DNA of 64,000 bases from Phoronis australis (taxonomy: Eukaryota; Animalia; Phoronida): the NCBI GenBank assembly GCA_002633005.1, contig NMRA01000050.1, positions 681,820 through 745,819 on the forward strand. The letters are read 5' to 3'. The position numbers were made by a program, and so were the translations under genes. Of this stretch, positions 26,901-38,900 are shown in pieces (within the stretch, counting starts at the first letter, position 1; each line of letters begins with the position of its first letter). The notes below the pieces were generated by a model that did no database searches, was not told the DNA's origin, and was given only the letters and a program-made list of their open reading frames with translations.

Positions 26901-29900
26901 TTGCATCATACCTCATCAGAGTAAAACTTGTTATCAATCATAGTAGAAAAAATTATTTTTATCATTGCCACAAGACGTTAACAAACGCAGTGAGTGTCTG
27001 TAACTGTTGTGTCTAGATTGCTGATGAACTAAAGTCGGTCTACATGTATTTCCATTTTTATATCACTGATTCATGCCAAAGGTTTGAAATTGCGCCCCTT
27101 TAAGAGTTTTGACTTGCCCTGTGATCACTAGAATCCGATGCAATAAACTTATAGAAGTTGTTTTTTAACCAGTGTAATATAGCTGAAAATTGTGTGCGTT
27201 TTCGTTTGCGAGAATGTTCTTTTTGAATCAATGGGTTAATCATTTTACGCTCTACATGAAAACACAGACTACTTTTTTAGGATTACATGTACCAGGTTAC
27301 CCCGAAAATATTATTTTCAAAGTTTTACCCCTTGGAGTATACGCGAAACGCCAAGTATTGTGTTCTTACGCGAAAGGGCTCGGAAGGCTGTAGCCTTGGT
27401 GCGAAGCTGTTTACTAAATTAAATATACAAATTTGCGCCATTGTGGGTAAAAACTGACCGAATAAAATCTTCCTAGAGTAAACTAAATTATTTACCAGCG
27501 TTGCAAAAAATGGTTTTCTACAATTATTCTGCTGCTAAAGTTATGTTGTGATCTTATGCGTCGACTTTCGCCCCAATGAAATATTGCGTCACCTTTTAGC
27601 CAGTTTCTTTTTCCCAGATTCTTCAATCAAACGTTCTCCCTCGAGGTTACGTAAACGTCACAACAAATGATCAGAATTGGTTTCACTTCATTATATGTTT
27701 TTGGAATTTTGATATCAGTGAACCGAATTTTAGAACAAATTTTGCTGAGATGTGTTCATCATCTAATGGGAGATGTTGAAAACATTTTGGAAGTGGCGCG
27801 TGTCACAATGAACTTTTTTCAAAACGACGATATACGTTTTTTCGTTAAAAAGGCAGAGAATTACGCAAGAAGATGACGTCGGATGTTTCTCACTTAAACG
27901 GCCGTAACGGGCAACTTGAATGCCAATTGACTTCCAGATTTTGCATGCACACCCGCCAGTCTTGAGCTCATGTTGATACAAGTTTTTCGACGAGGTGACA
28001 AACGTAACTATCCGGGCTGTGTGAAGTATCGAGGTCTGTTTGGTCTCAATAAGCAGTGGCACCTTGCTGTATTTTGAAAATAGTCTTCATGCAACTAGCT
28101 GGCTACATAGGAAGGCTCTAGTTTCGAAAAGATGTTTTACTGCGAAAGTGACAACAATTTCTGAATGATGATGGATGATGGATGACACTATAAACCGATC
28201 AGTCTTCCGTTTTCATGCGCCCATGATTTAATATCGGCGCTATGTTCAAACCATTGTTTATGTTGTTTCTAAAATAAAATTGGGTTCTATTGCTGTACCA
28301 ACATATTAAGAAATTATACAGAAATAAGCAATAATTATCTGTGGTAAATCGCAATATACAGCGTGATGAAGTGATCATCAAGAGCAATAACGGATGAGCG
28401 CAAATGCGTGATGCTTGTTGAGCATTCCGCTGCATGAAAACACTTGAGGTCGTGTATTGAGTGTTGTATTCTGATTGTTATGCAATTTTACTGTAAATTT
28501 CAAATTTCGTGCTTGTTTTTGTGCAAAATGTACTGTATAAAAAGTCTCATATCTAAATTTAGAAATTATGCTTCCGCGATATCACTTAACGTTTGATTTT
28601 ACCACGCCGTCATTAATTCAACATAAAGTTTTAGGCTGGTGTAATGTCACGCACTTCGTATTTGTAGGTTGATTCGATTTTATTTCCTTTCAATAGTTGA
28701 ACAAAAGTTTATAAACCGATGTCAAGACCTGAGTTGCCAGTGGTGAACGAACAGCGAACAGTAAAATGTTTGTTTGTCCAAAGTTCACCCGTTAAGTCAT
28801 AAAATGGCGACCAAGGACACGCTTAATCCGAATTGGTTGTCTACGCTAGGCGACCGCTTAGCCGACCCAAGTGCCACAGAGGCGACTCAGTAGACGGCTC
28901 CTAACCGACCGTTGTTGGTCGGCTGCTGGTCGGCTAGACGACCGGTCGACGGCCGGTCGTCGACCAATTTCCGACCGGTCCGCCAAAAATTTGTGATGTG
29001 TGCTGTATAGTTGCAGGCATCAAATGAATTATTGCTGAGTGTATGTTGCATCAAGTCTTTATTCAAAGTTATCCGCATGTCATCTCATTTACCAATCATC
29101 TTCCATAAATGCTTTTTATTGGTTGGGATTACTATAGGCGCTTACCACAGCCTCTGCACTTTGATGACTGTCTTTTTTGTTTGGGGTCAGGGTGTCAGTG
29201 ATAACAGCCACCTGTTTGTGGCAACATTCTTTGTGGACAATTTTAGACACTTCTGAAAATATGTTTGAAGGACAAAAATTGAAGAAAAGATTGGCAACAC
29301 TCATTGCAACTGCTGTGCTTTCATTGGTTTTGCCCAACGTATATTGTGTGACTTGCTTAAGCAATGCAATGTGGCGACTTGACTCATGTAAGCCACTGGT
29401 TATCAGAGTGATCTTAGTAAGTCCAAGAATGGTATGAAATTTGAATGGGGAGTGCTTCATGATAACTTCACTGTAACGCAAGATGACAATTTTGAATATT
29501 TTCTTTCAGTGTTCTTGAATATGTTCAATTGCGACATAGTTAAGTGGATCACAACATAATTCCCAGCTCATAAACCATAGAATTCAAAGCTATTCCTTCA
29601 GAGATCCACTGTCAGCAACAGTCACGGCAATATGCAGGCTGATGACACTCGGTAGCTGAAATCGTAATGTTCATATTTGAGTTGAAGAATTTATACAGTG
29701 GAGTCCACTTAATGCCTTACTGGATAATAGGATAAGCTGCTTATTGACTTGAGATGTCAAAAACCATTATCATCTCCAAGTAAATCCATGTAAAATAACC
29801 CACATTATGTCATGCTTTTTTGCCACATTCCAAGATATTGCCTTTAAAAAATCAGCAAAAGTTGATTATTTCATGTGTGATTTCGAACTGTATGTAGTAT

Positions 29901-32900
29901 CACAGAACTAATCTAATACAATATGTGTGTAAAAACTTCTGTGGTAACTTGATACATGACAAGCTAGTACGTTATCAACTCAGCTACTAACTTTAAAGTT
30001 AAACCCACTAATGCCGTCTTGCGGGAGTTCTGAAGATGTACCAATCATATGAGTAAAGCTAGTGCGTTCATGTGCTTCACTTGCAATGCATGGCTATATT
30101 TTGTGAAGTCTTGCATTTTCACATGCTTCTCGTGTCTACAGAACACTGTGTTGCTTCCCTGAGCTCGAGCAGCTGTTAAGAGGGGTTATGATCATTATCA
30201 AGCCAGGGTGGTTATGATTATTACCAAGCTAGGGTGGTTATGATTATTACCAAGCCTGGGTGGTTATGATCATTACCAAGCCAGAGTGGTTATGATCATT
30301 ACCAAGCCAGGGTGGTTATGATCATTACCAAGACAGGGTGGTTATGATCATAACCAAGCCAGGGTGGTTATGATCATTACCAAGCCAGGGTGATTATGAT
30401 TATTACCAAGCCTGGGTGGTTATGATCATTAGAAGCTAGAGTGGTTATAATCATTACCAAGCTAGGGTGGCTATGATTAATACCAAGCCAGAGTGGTTAT
30501 GATTATTACCAAGCTAGGGTGGTTATGATTATTACCAAACCAGAGTGGTTATGATCATTACCAAGCTAGGGTGGTTATGATTATTACCAAACCAGAGTGG
30601 TTATGGTCATTACCAAGCCAGANAAGCCTGGGTGGTTATGATTATTACCAAGCCAGGGTGGTTATGATCATTACCAAGCCAGGGTGGTTATGATTATTAC
30701 CAAGCCAGAGTGGTTATGATCATTACCAAGCCAGAGCATGTGTTTAAATGTTATTGGTGCTGCACTAATTGTTGACAACAAATGACAGTCCTGTATTTCT
30801 CTTTACAGGTAGCATGAACTGGATGGCACCGGAGGTGTTGGAGCGTCCATATGATGAGCGCATTGATGTGTGGTCAGCGGGGTGCATTTTCTTGGAGATG
30901 GTCACGTGTGGTATTTATGACAAGCAGGAAATCCAAAGCAAGCTGTTTGAGTTGAAGACAGGACCACCACAGGTGCTGGAAGACATCTTGAAGGAGGTCA
31001 AAAGTGTGAGTAGTGGCTGTCAGTACTAAACTCATCATGCTTTGGCAATATTGTGTTGTCGCCTGTTAATGACTGGTAAGTCAGGTGAGAGTGTCAATAA
31101 AATAATACAGACAGTGTTACTACTGGATATTTTGAGGAAGATTAAATTATGAAAGCCTAAGCGTAGTATCTTGCCATTAATTGTTATTTTAATGATGTAG
31201 AATCTTTGGAGAGAAATAAATGACTTTGATTCCTTTTGCGGATTGACTATTGTTAAATTTAATTAATTTTCAGCCCCTAAGATAAGGGTTTTAACACCAT
31301 TTTTAGTTAAAATTATTTTTCTTTTTTAAACTATCACCAATCAAAGATCACAGCAAGACTACTTATCCCAAAAATTAGTCTTAAAATTCCTGTTGAATTT
31401 TAGAAAGGTGAAAAATGTAATTCAGCATTTTAGTAAAAACAGTTGTCTAATTTGTGTGGTGTGTGGAGATTTGTACTTTTCTGGGCCTTGTAGACATATC
31501 CATTATTTATTTTTACTTCTCTGGGCTCTTTAGATGTTTTCATAATGTTTTTGTACTTATCTGGGCATTGTGGACATCTTGGTTACTGTATTTGTTCTTC
31601 TCTGGGTATTGTAGATATCTCCATTATGCATTAGTACTTCTCTTGGCACTGTGGATGTCTCCATTATGGATTTGTACTTATCTGGGCATTGTAGACATCT
31701 CAATTCTGTATTTCAATAAGTGACGTTATTGTTACTTTGAGATGAGTTCAATATTTTGCGAGTGGAATCTAGGGTTTGTTTGCTTAGTACTTCCTTTGTG
31801 TGTGGCTTGCATGATTATGTTGTTGTTTTTCATTGTATATTGCTCGATATGTCTGCAAGCCATCTGTTTATTTCGAATAATAATAAGTTTTCTGAAAAAG
31901 TTTGAAAGATTTCATGCTTAACTCCCATTTTTATTTTTCTCCTTATCAGCAAGGCTACTTTGAAAGAGTTGATGCTTAACTCCCATTTTTATTTTTCTCC
32001 TTAACAGCAAGGCTACTCTGACAAACTAATAGCTGTGATCAGGACAATGTTACGCAAGAACTTCAAACAGAGGCCAACATCCAGGTGAGTGAGACAGTAA
32101 GTCTTAATGAGATACTGATGGTGTGGAGGCTGTTTGATGAAAGTGAAGAAGAGCACTTATGCAACGTGGTCTCACCTCACGCATAAAGGTTTTGTCAAGT
32201 TTTGAAATAATTTATATAAGTCACCTCTGTCAGTAACTAGTAGTTATGCGTATATTGTTAGAGACTATACTTTTGTTCAGCTGACATTTTCCAAAATAGT
32301 ACCGTGGGGCATCAGCTAAAATTTTGGTGTTTAGTCTTAAGTTACTTTTCTTGAAACAGACCCCATGTCTTCTTGAGTAAGTTGCTGGAATATTTTCCCA
32401 CTTGTGCAGATATATCAGCACTTCAACTTTATGACTAATGCCCAGCATCTACTGCTGAATTGTAACTATCTGTTTTATGACACCAACATAGCATTTTAGA
32501 CTAGCATTATATTCTCGTTGGTAAAATTTTGACTTGTTAACTAAAACTTGGTCCACTGGCTTGAAAACAGCTGGTAATTATGGCTTGACACAGTGCTTGA
32601 AAACAGCTGGTAGTTATGGCTTGACACAGTGCTTGAAAACAGCTGGTAATTATGGCTTGACACAGTGCTTGAAAACAGCTGGTAGTTATGGCTTGATACA
32701 GTGCTTGGCACACAAAATGATCTGCCATAACAAGTGAGACTGCTTTCAAAGAGCAATAATCTCTCAATTCTTTACAAATCCAGAAACCACCTCTAATTAT
32801 AGTGAAGGTCAAGTTGATACAGCATGGTCTTAGATATAGTGAGGTTCAAGTTGATACACACAGTGTGATCTAAATCACCTCTAGTTATAGTTGGGTTGAA

Positions 32901-35900
32901 GTTGATACACACGGCGTGATCTAAATCACCTCTAGTTATAGTGAGGTTGAAGTTGATACACACAGGGTGATCTAAATCACCTCTAGTTATAGTGAGGGTC
33001 ATGTTGATACACACAGCGTGATCTAAATCACCTCTAGTTATAGTGAGGGTCATGTTGATACACACAGCGTGATCTAAATCACCTCTAGTTATAGTGAGGG
33101 TCATGTTGATACACACAGCGTGATCTAAATCACCTCTAGTTATAGTGAGGTTCAAGTTGATACCTGCAGCGTGATTTAAATCACCTCTAGTTATAATGAG
33201 GGTAAAGTTGATACACACAGCGTGATCTAAATCGCCTCTAGTTATAGTGAGGGTCATGTTGATACACACAGCGTGATCTAAATCACCTCTAGTTATAGTG
33301 AGGTTCAAGTTGATACACACAACATGATCTAAATCACCTCTAGTTATAGTGAGGTTCAAGTTGATACACACAGCTTGATCTAAATCACCTCTAGTTATAG
33401 TGAGGGTCAAGTTGATACACACAGCGTGATCTAAATCACCTCTAGTTGTAGTGAGGGACAAGGTTTCTGAGTTGTGAGTATCAATCGTTATTGTCTGTGA
33501 TTTATTTGGTGTGCATATCTAGCTGATACTGTGCTGCCTCTCTGATATCTCATGTATTGTACAGTCGTCAAGTCAACTGAAGGGTTTAAACTTATCATGT
33601 GCATAAAAAGTACTCCAGGCCAGTTTTCAAACAAATCTCACTGTCTAAGTCAACAAACACAAAATCTAGTCAACCGCTCAACATTTCATATGCAAATACA
33701 AGATCTTGTTATTTGCATGTTACCCACTTGAATATTACTGTGGAAGCAGCAGTGACACGTGGCAACACCTGGTGGTGCTCATATTGTTGGCAATTTGGAG
33801 CAATGATAAAAAAGGGAGTGTTGTGTAGAGCCGGTTGTGTTCTGAGGTTTTTGTGCAACTGGGCTGCAGTACGTTTTCAATATTTATTTACTCGTGATAA
33901 TTCCTGATGCACGACTATATTATTGTGGTTATTATTAGCCACTGAAATGGATTTGGAAGAGTGACACGTGAAAACTGCTATTGTTGCTATATGTTTGTAA
34001 CTAGTCTCATGGGATGCCTTATTGACGGATAAAGTGGAATGTCTCTTGTATGTCAATTACATGTGTCAGCATAAGACCTTGCTACCATGTGACTTGTCGC
34101 ATTTGCTTTGGGAATATTAGTAAACTTGCATCAAATGGATTCTTGATTGACTTAAGGTGAAATCTAGATTTAACTGAAGGATTGAGTGCACAAACTAAAG
34201 CAACTGCCGTGCATAACTTTGTCCTAGTCTAGTGTGCGAGTGTCATTGTATTTCCCATTGCTTGCTCATATGGTGGTTGTGATGATCAAGCATTAAATGT
34301 ACTTTGTTATTTTGCAGCGAGTTAAAAGAACTACCATATGTTAAGGAGTGTCTTCAAATAGCTGGAGTGGACCATGAAGATAAGAAGGCTCAACAGGCCA
34401 ACAGTAGTGGTGTCCGTGAGTTGACTCATCTCTATTGCACTTTTGTTTGTTTACATTTTCACTGCACTTTTGTTTGTTTACAGTCCTGCCGTTAGCATCG
34501 GCCTCGTCGCCCTCCAAGGGTAGTCTGATGCATATTCAGGCCAATAAAAACTCACATGCTGTAACTGATGGTTTTTGGCATATGTTGTCAAGTTAATCAC
34601 AGGATGAAAATTACTTCACAAGCATTTTATTATCTACATTACAAGGACTATTTTTGTAATACAGTCATGTTTATTTTGTATTTAGTGTAATGAAATTAGA
34701 GTTTGTTGGTATTCAGTCCTTGGGAATTATTCCATAATTTGGACAAAACACACTTGTCATTTGGAGAAAGTTTGTGTAGCTGGGGCAATGTGTGAATTGG
34801 TTCTCCCAAATGTTTGTTTGGTCTCCTCTTGGAACAAATTTAGTGAGACCAGTTAAATATAATTTTGTGATCAAAAGCTTTGTATGATGTACATTACCAA
34901 CTTAGCACTATTGCTAAGTACTAAATGCAAACCTATCATCTTTAGGGAGTGCATTGTATGGGAATTCTAGTGACTCATATCTTGCCCATTCCAGCGGCTA
35001 TACCCAAGGGTGAGGGCGTCGACAAGTTGCTTGCCCACTTGAAGAGGTATAAGACAGACTTGAAGACTGCCCAAGATTGTCTGCAAGAGCTAGCTCGACT
35101 CACCAGGGAGGAAGGCAATGCCATTGGCAACCAGGGCAAAAATGAAGTGGCTGAGGCCATCAAAGAGAACATTGCAGACGAGACAACAGTGCTGGCTGGA
35201 TTTGATGTGCTGAAAAATCTCATTGTCAACTGTGAGTTTTTCTCTAGTGATGTACAATAGTCTGGGTCTTTTGAAATTGTGACTGTTCTTTGTATCTGGC
35301 TTGTGAGAGTTTCTGACCTACGGCAATAACTGAGATCCTGTGTGGAAACAGAAAAACTGCCAAGACATATTTGAGATTTGTGGGAAGCATTTAATTGTAT
35401 TCTTTGTCTTCCAAAAAGCAGGGGGTACTTTTCTATTTAATGCACTCCAACTGATGACCACCATAGTGTAACAGAGTTTTTCTTTTGCGTCTACTTAATA
35501 ATTTATCACAGTTTGTCATTTAAACCTGTTGTGTAAATTTTAAAGTTAGATTTATTCTTTTTTACTCATGCATGGGACAGTCTCCTAGTGATAGTCATAG
35601 TTGTTTTTTTGCATGCAGCTCTATAGGTGATGCTCTGTCATTTTGTTGTGAGTTGTTTTCCATCATATGGTGTCTCTTCTAGCCTAGCACTCATGTTTCA
35701 TTTCAGCTCAAGAAAGTGACGCTTTGATAAGTTCGCCTCTCATGATCATCACAATATGTGTTGTTCTAACTGTAAGTGTATGGGTCATTTGCATTGAGAA
35801 ATATTTGTTATCGACATGTGGGACATTCGTGTTTCATTTTTAATCAACACAATTATTTTACATTGTCCTTATATCACTTTTTTCGACAACATGGATGTGT

Positions 35901-38900
35901 ACATAGTTTAGTGTGTCTGCATGATGTGTCTACATTCAACAGATAAGGCCTGAAATGTGAGATGCCCCTAGTGAAGAGCTGTGTATAACTTAGTCACTGT
36001 ATGTGCCGCTCAAACTGATGGTGTCTTCTCATGTTGCAGACGCACCCTAATAACAAGAAGGTCCAGTTAGCTGGCATATCCTTGCTCAACGCTCTTTCTG
36101 TAGATGGTAAGTTGTAAATGCTTTTCATATTTGTAATTTGTTACCGTTGAATAAAATTATAGCCACTTATTCAGGATTTCAACCTATAGCTTCCTTTCTT
36201 ATGCAGTTACTTATATTTTGTTTGTCCATTTGTATTTTGTAATCAGATTGACTGTGGTCAGGAAACCTAGTTCATAAAGTCAATTTAGCAAAGGTGAGTG
36301 CAAACATTGCTGCAACGCTTCCTTTCGAAGGGTCCAAGGATTTCAAGTGCAGACATAGCATGGCGATTGACACATTACTATTTCATAATGTCAGCCTGAA
36401 TTAAGGACTGTAATTTCAATTTAAAGTGCTAATGGCTCAAACCACTTTTACAAATTGTGCAAATGTGAAGGTGAACAGCAGATACGTTTTCCTCTCAAAA
36501 TCTACCATATTGTTGTAGAGGAAGCCCAAGAGATTATCGGTAAAAACAAAGGACTCTCGGTCATCTTGGACTCCATGAGACAGTTCAACGATGACTTAGA
36601 CATTGTATCAGCGTGCTGCGATGCCATCTGGGGGCTAACAGTGAATGGTCAGTCATTGTGCAATTTGATCTTGCTACAAGACTAGTGTTGTTTCCATTGT
36701 CCACTAAGTGTAAAACTTGGCTGTTGGTTTCTTGGAAGACTTATATGATTGGATGACACATTTAAATATTGTCTGGCATAATTTTAGTTGTTTGTTATTC
36801 TCAGTAGCACATGATGTTCCCAGAAGTTAACCAGCAGTACGTACCTAGAGATGTTCTGGTCCATAGGAATCAAGAGATGTTCTGGTCCATAGGAATCTAG
36901 TGGTTCAGTAGCTTACACTACTAGTGCAACTAGTGCCACCTTGCTTATTATTGTGGTTTGTCTGCAATTATCACCATTTACATTGCATTTTGTGAACAGT
37001 CAAAATTGAATTTAGTCTGTATGAGTGAAAAGCGAAGTAAAATAGATGGAATGGCTCTACACTCCTGGCTTTATTGTGTCTAAGTCAGAATATGAACTTG
37101 ATGTTTGCAGAGGACAATGCAAAGAGTCTGACAGATGACAGTGTGCTCGATGACGTGTGTAAGGCTATGCAAACATTCCCCAAAGAAGCCAAGCTGAACA
37201 AGGCAGCAGCAGCTGCGCTACTATCGCTGTCCATGGAAGGTAAGCTGTCCATTCTTCTATTCTTTCTTTGGCCTCGTTTTGACAATAGTCAGATGCCTGT
37301 TATTCAGTGGGGGAAAGTGATGCTCAAAATATTGGCACGTTATGTCCGACTAGTGCCCTTTTTGTGTTTAACAGGAAATTTCATATGGGCATAAGGGGCA
37401 GTGTGTTGGCCAATCAAATATGATAGTGTTTAGTTAAAGCAAAAAAATTTTGGTCATTGAAATATTAAGTAGAAGTAGTTTTACCCCTAAAAAGTCTCGA
37501 TGCTATCGAGTATACTGGTTGTTGTGAGCTATTCTCATTCTGTAGATGAGAACCTTGACCGCTCCAATGACCTGAATTGTGTGGGCCTGTTGATCAACGC
37601 TCTGAAGATCCACATCAAGGACAGCGAGGTGGTGAAGAACTGCTGCATGGCACTGTCCAGTCTAGTGGAGCCTGATGGTACGAGCATGTTGACTGTCTCA
37701 TAAAGGATATTTTCTTTAGGCATTTTGTAAATGTTAGGACAACTGAGTTCATATAAGCAGTTTCTTAGTGTTTGTAATGAGGTGACAACCAACTTGTTAC
37801 CCTGTTCTGTGCAGGTGACATAGCCAGGACTGTTCACTGTTGATTGCTATCAATTTTATCTGGTTTTAACCTTTTCTTATTGATACCTTATTTTTTACAG
37901 TATTTTTTAGTTCTTCTATAATTAATTTTATGATAACAAAACATGTACTGGGTTATGACAGCTAATCCTATGTATTGGTGTAATTGTGTCATTCACAACT
38001 GTATAACCTAACAGGGCTAACATGTGTTTCATGGCAATTATTCTGCAGTGCCATGAAAAATTTCAAAGTACCGTAAAGCACGTTTCAAAAGAAAACAAAT
38101 ACTGCCCATATTGTTTTTGTTTGTGTTGATGGCCATTCATTGATATGCATGCTGCTTCTGTGTCTATGTGTGCATTTATGAACAACATTTGATCCAGTTT
38201 TCAAAACAACCTGTAAGGTAAACTTCACTAATTTTTTATATATTCACTGTGGTAGACTTTGACGTCCTTTCAGTTTAGCTTGAAGTACTTCATGAATAGT
38301 TCTAATAATCGGCAAACGAATCACAAAATTTAAGATATCAACAAAAACAAGAAACATCTTTCTACTTATAGCGTTATTTTGTATATTAGTGCCTCTTATA
38401 GCGTTATTTTGTATATTAGTGCCTGAGCTTTTACGGTATGTGTCACATTTATCTTATGTGTTGCCGTCTCATGCTAGTGCTTTGTATAACTCCGAGATGC
38501 AATAGAACGATGCTTGCAATGGTGTGGCTGGTATGAACAGTAAGACTTGCATTAAAAGATTTGGTTAGGTGAAACAAAGTTTTGTGGAATGGTTGTTCTA
38601 TTTTGTGCTCTTATCTCTTCACGTACATGTAAGTCAGATTTAGCCTTACCCAGATAAAGTTTCTCGTTTCCGTTTCTTACGACTTATGCTATAGCTTCAA
38701 ACTGTGTAGCCAAGATATGTAATGCAAATGTTTCAATGTGAAGTGGTGGTGTTATCAAATTAATTGTCTATCTGTCACAAGCTAGCTTGCTTGACAACTA
38801 TAAACAAACCGTTTGTCTTTACAGAGGAGTGTGCATTTAAAGTGCTGAGTAACGATTTCAACGACGAGAAGGTAGCAGGCTTGCCTGTTATTATTGATGC

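Noticed and set aside
30183-30736. Regular arrays as possible CRISPR
   Set aside because: Head-to-tail units with no unique spacers, eukaryotic context and no cas genes; this applies to all arrays in the window.
32793-33461. 222-aa minus-strand ORF with 12 RGDL motifs
   Set aside because: It is the translation of a 51-bp minisatellite whose unit is a multiple of 3. It has no ATG start, lies antisense in an intron, and the variants frequently change amino acids.
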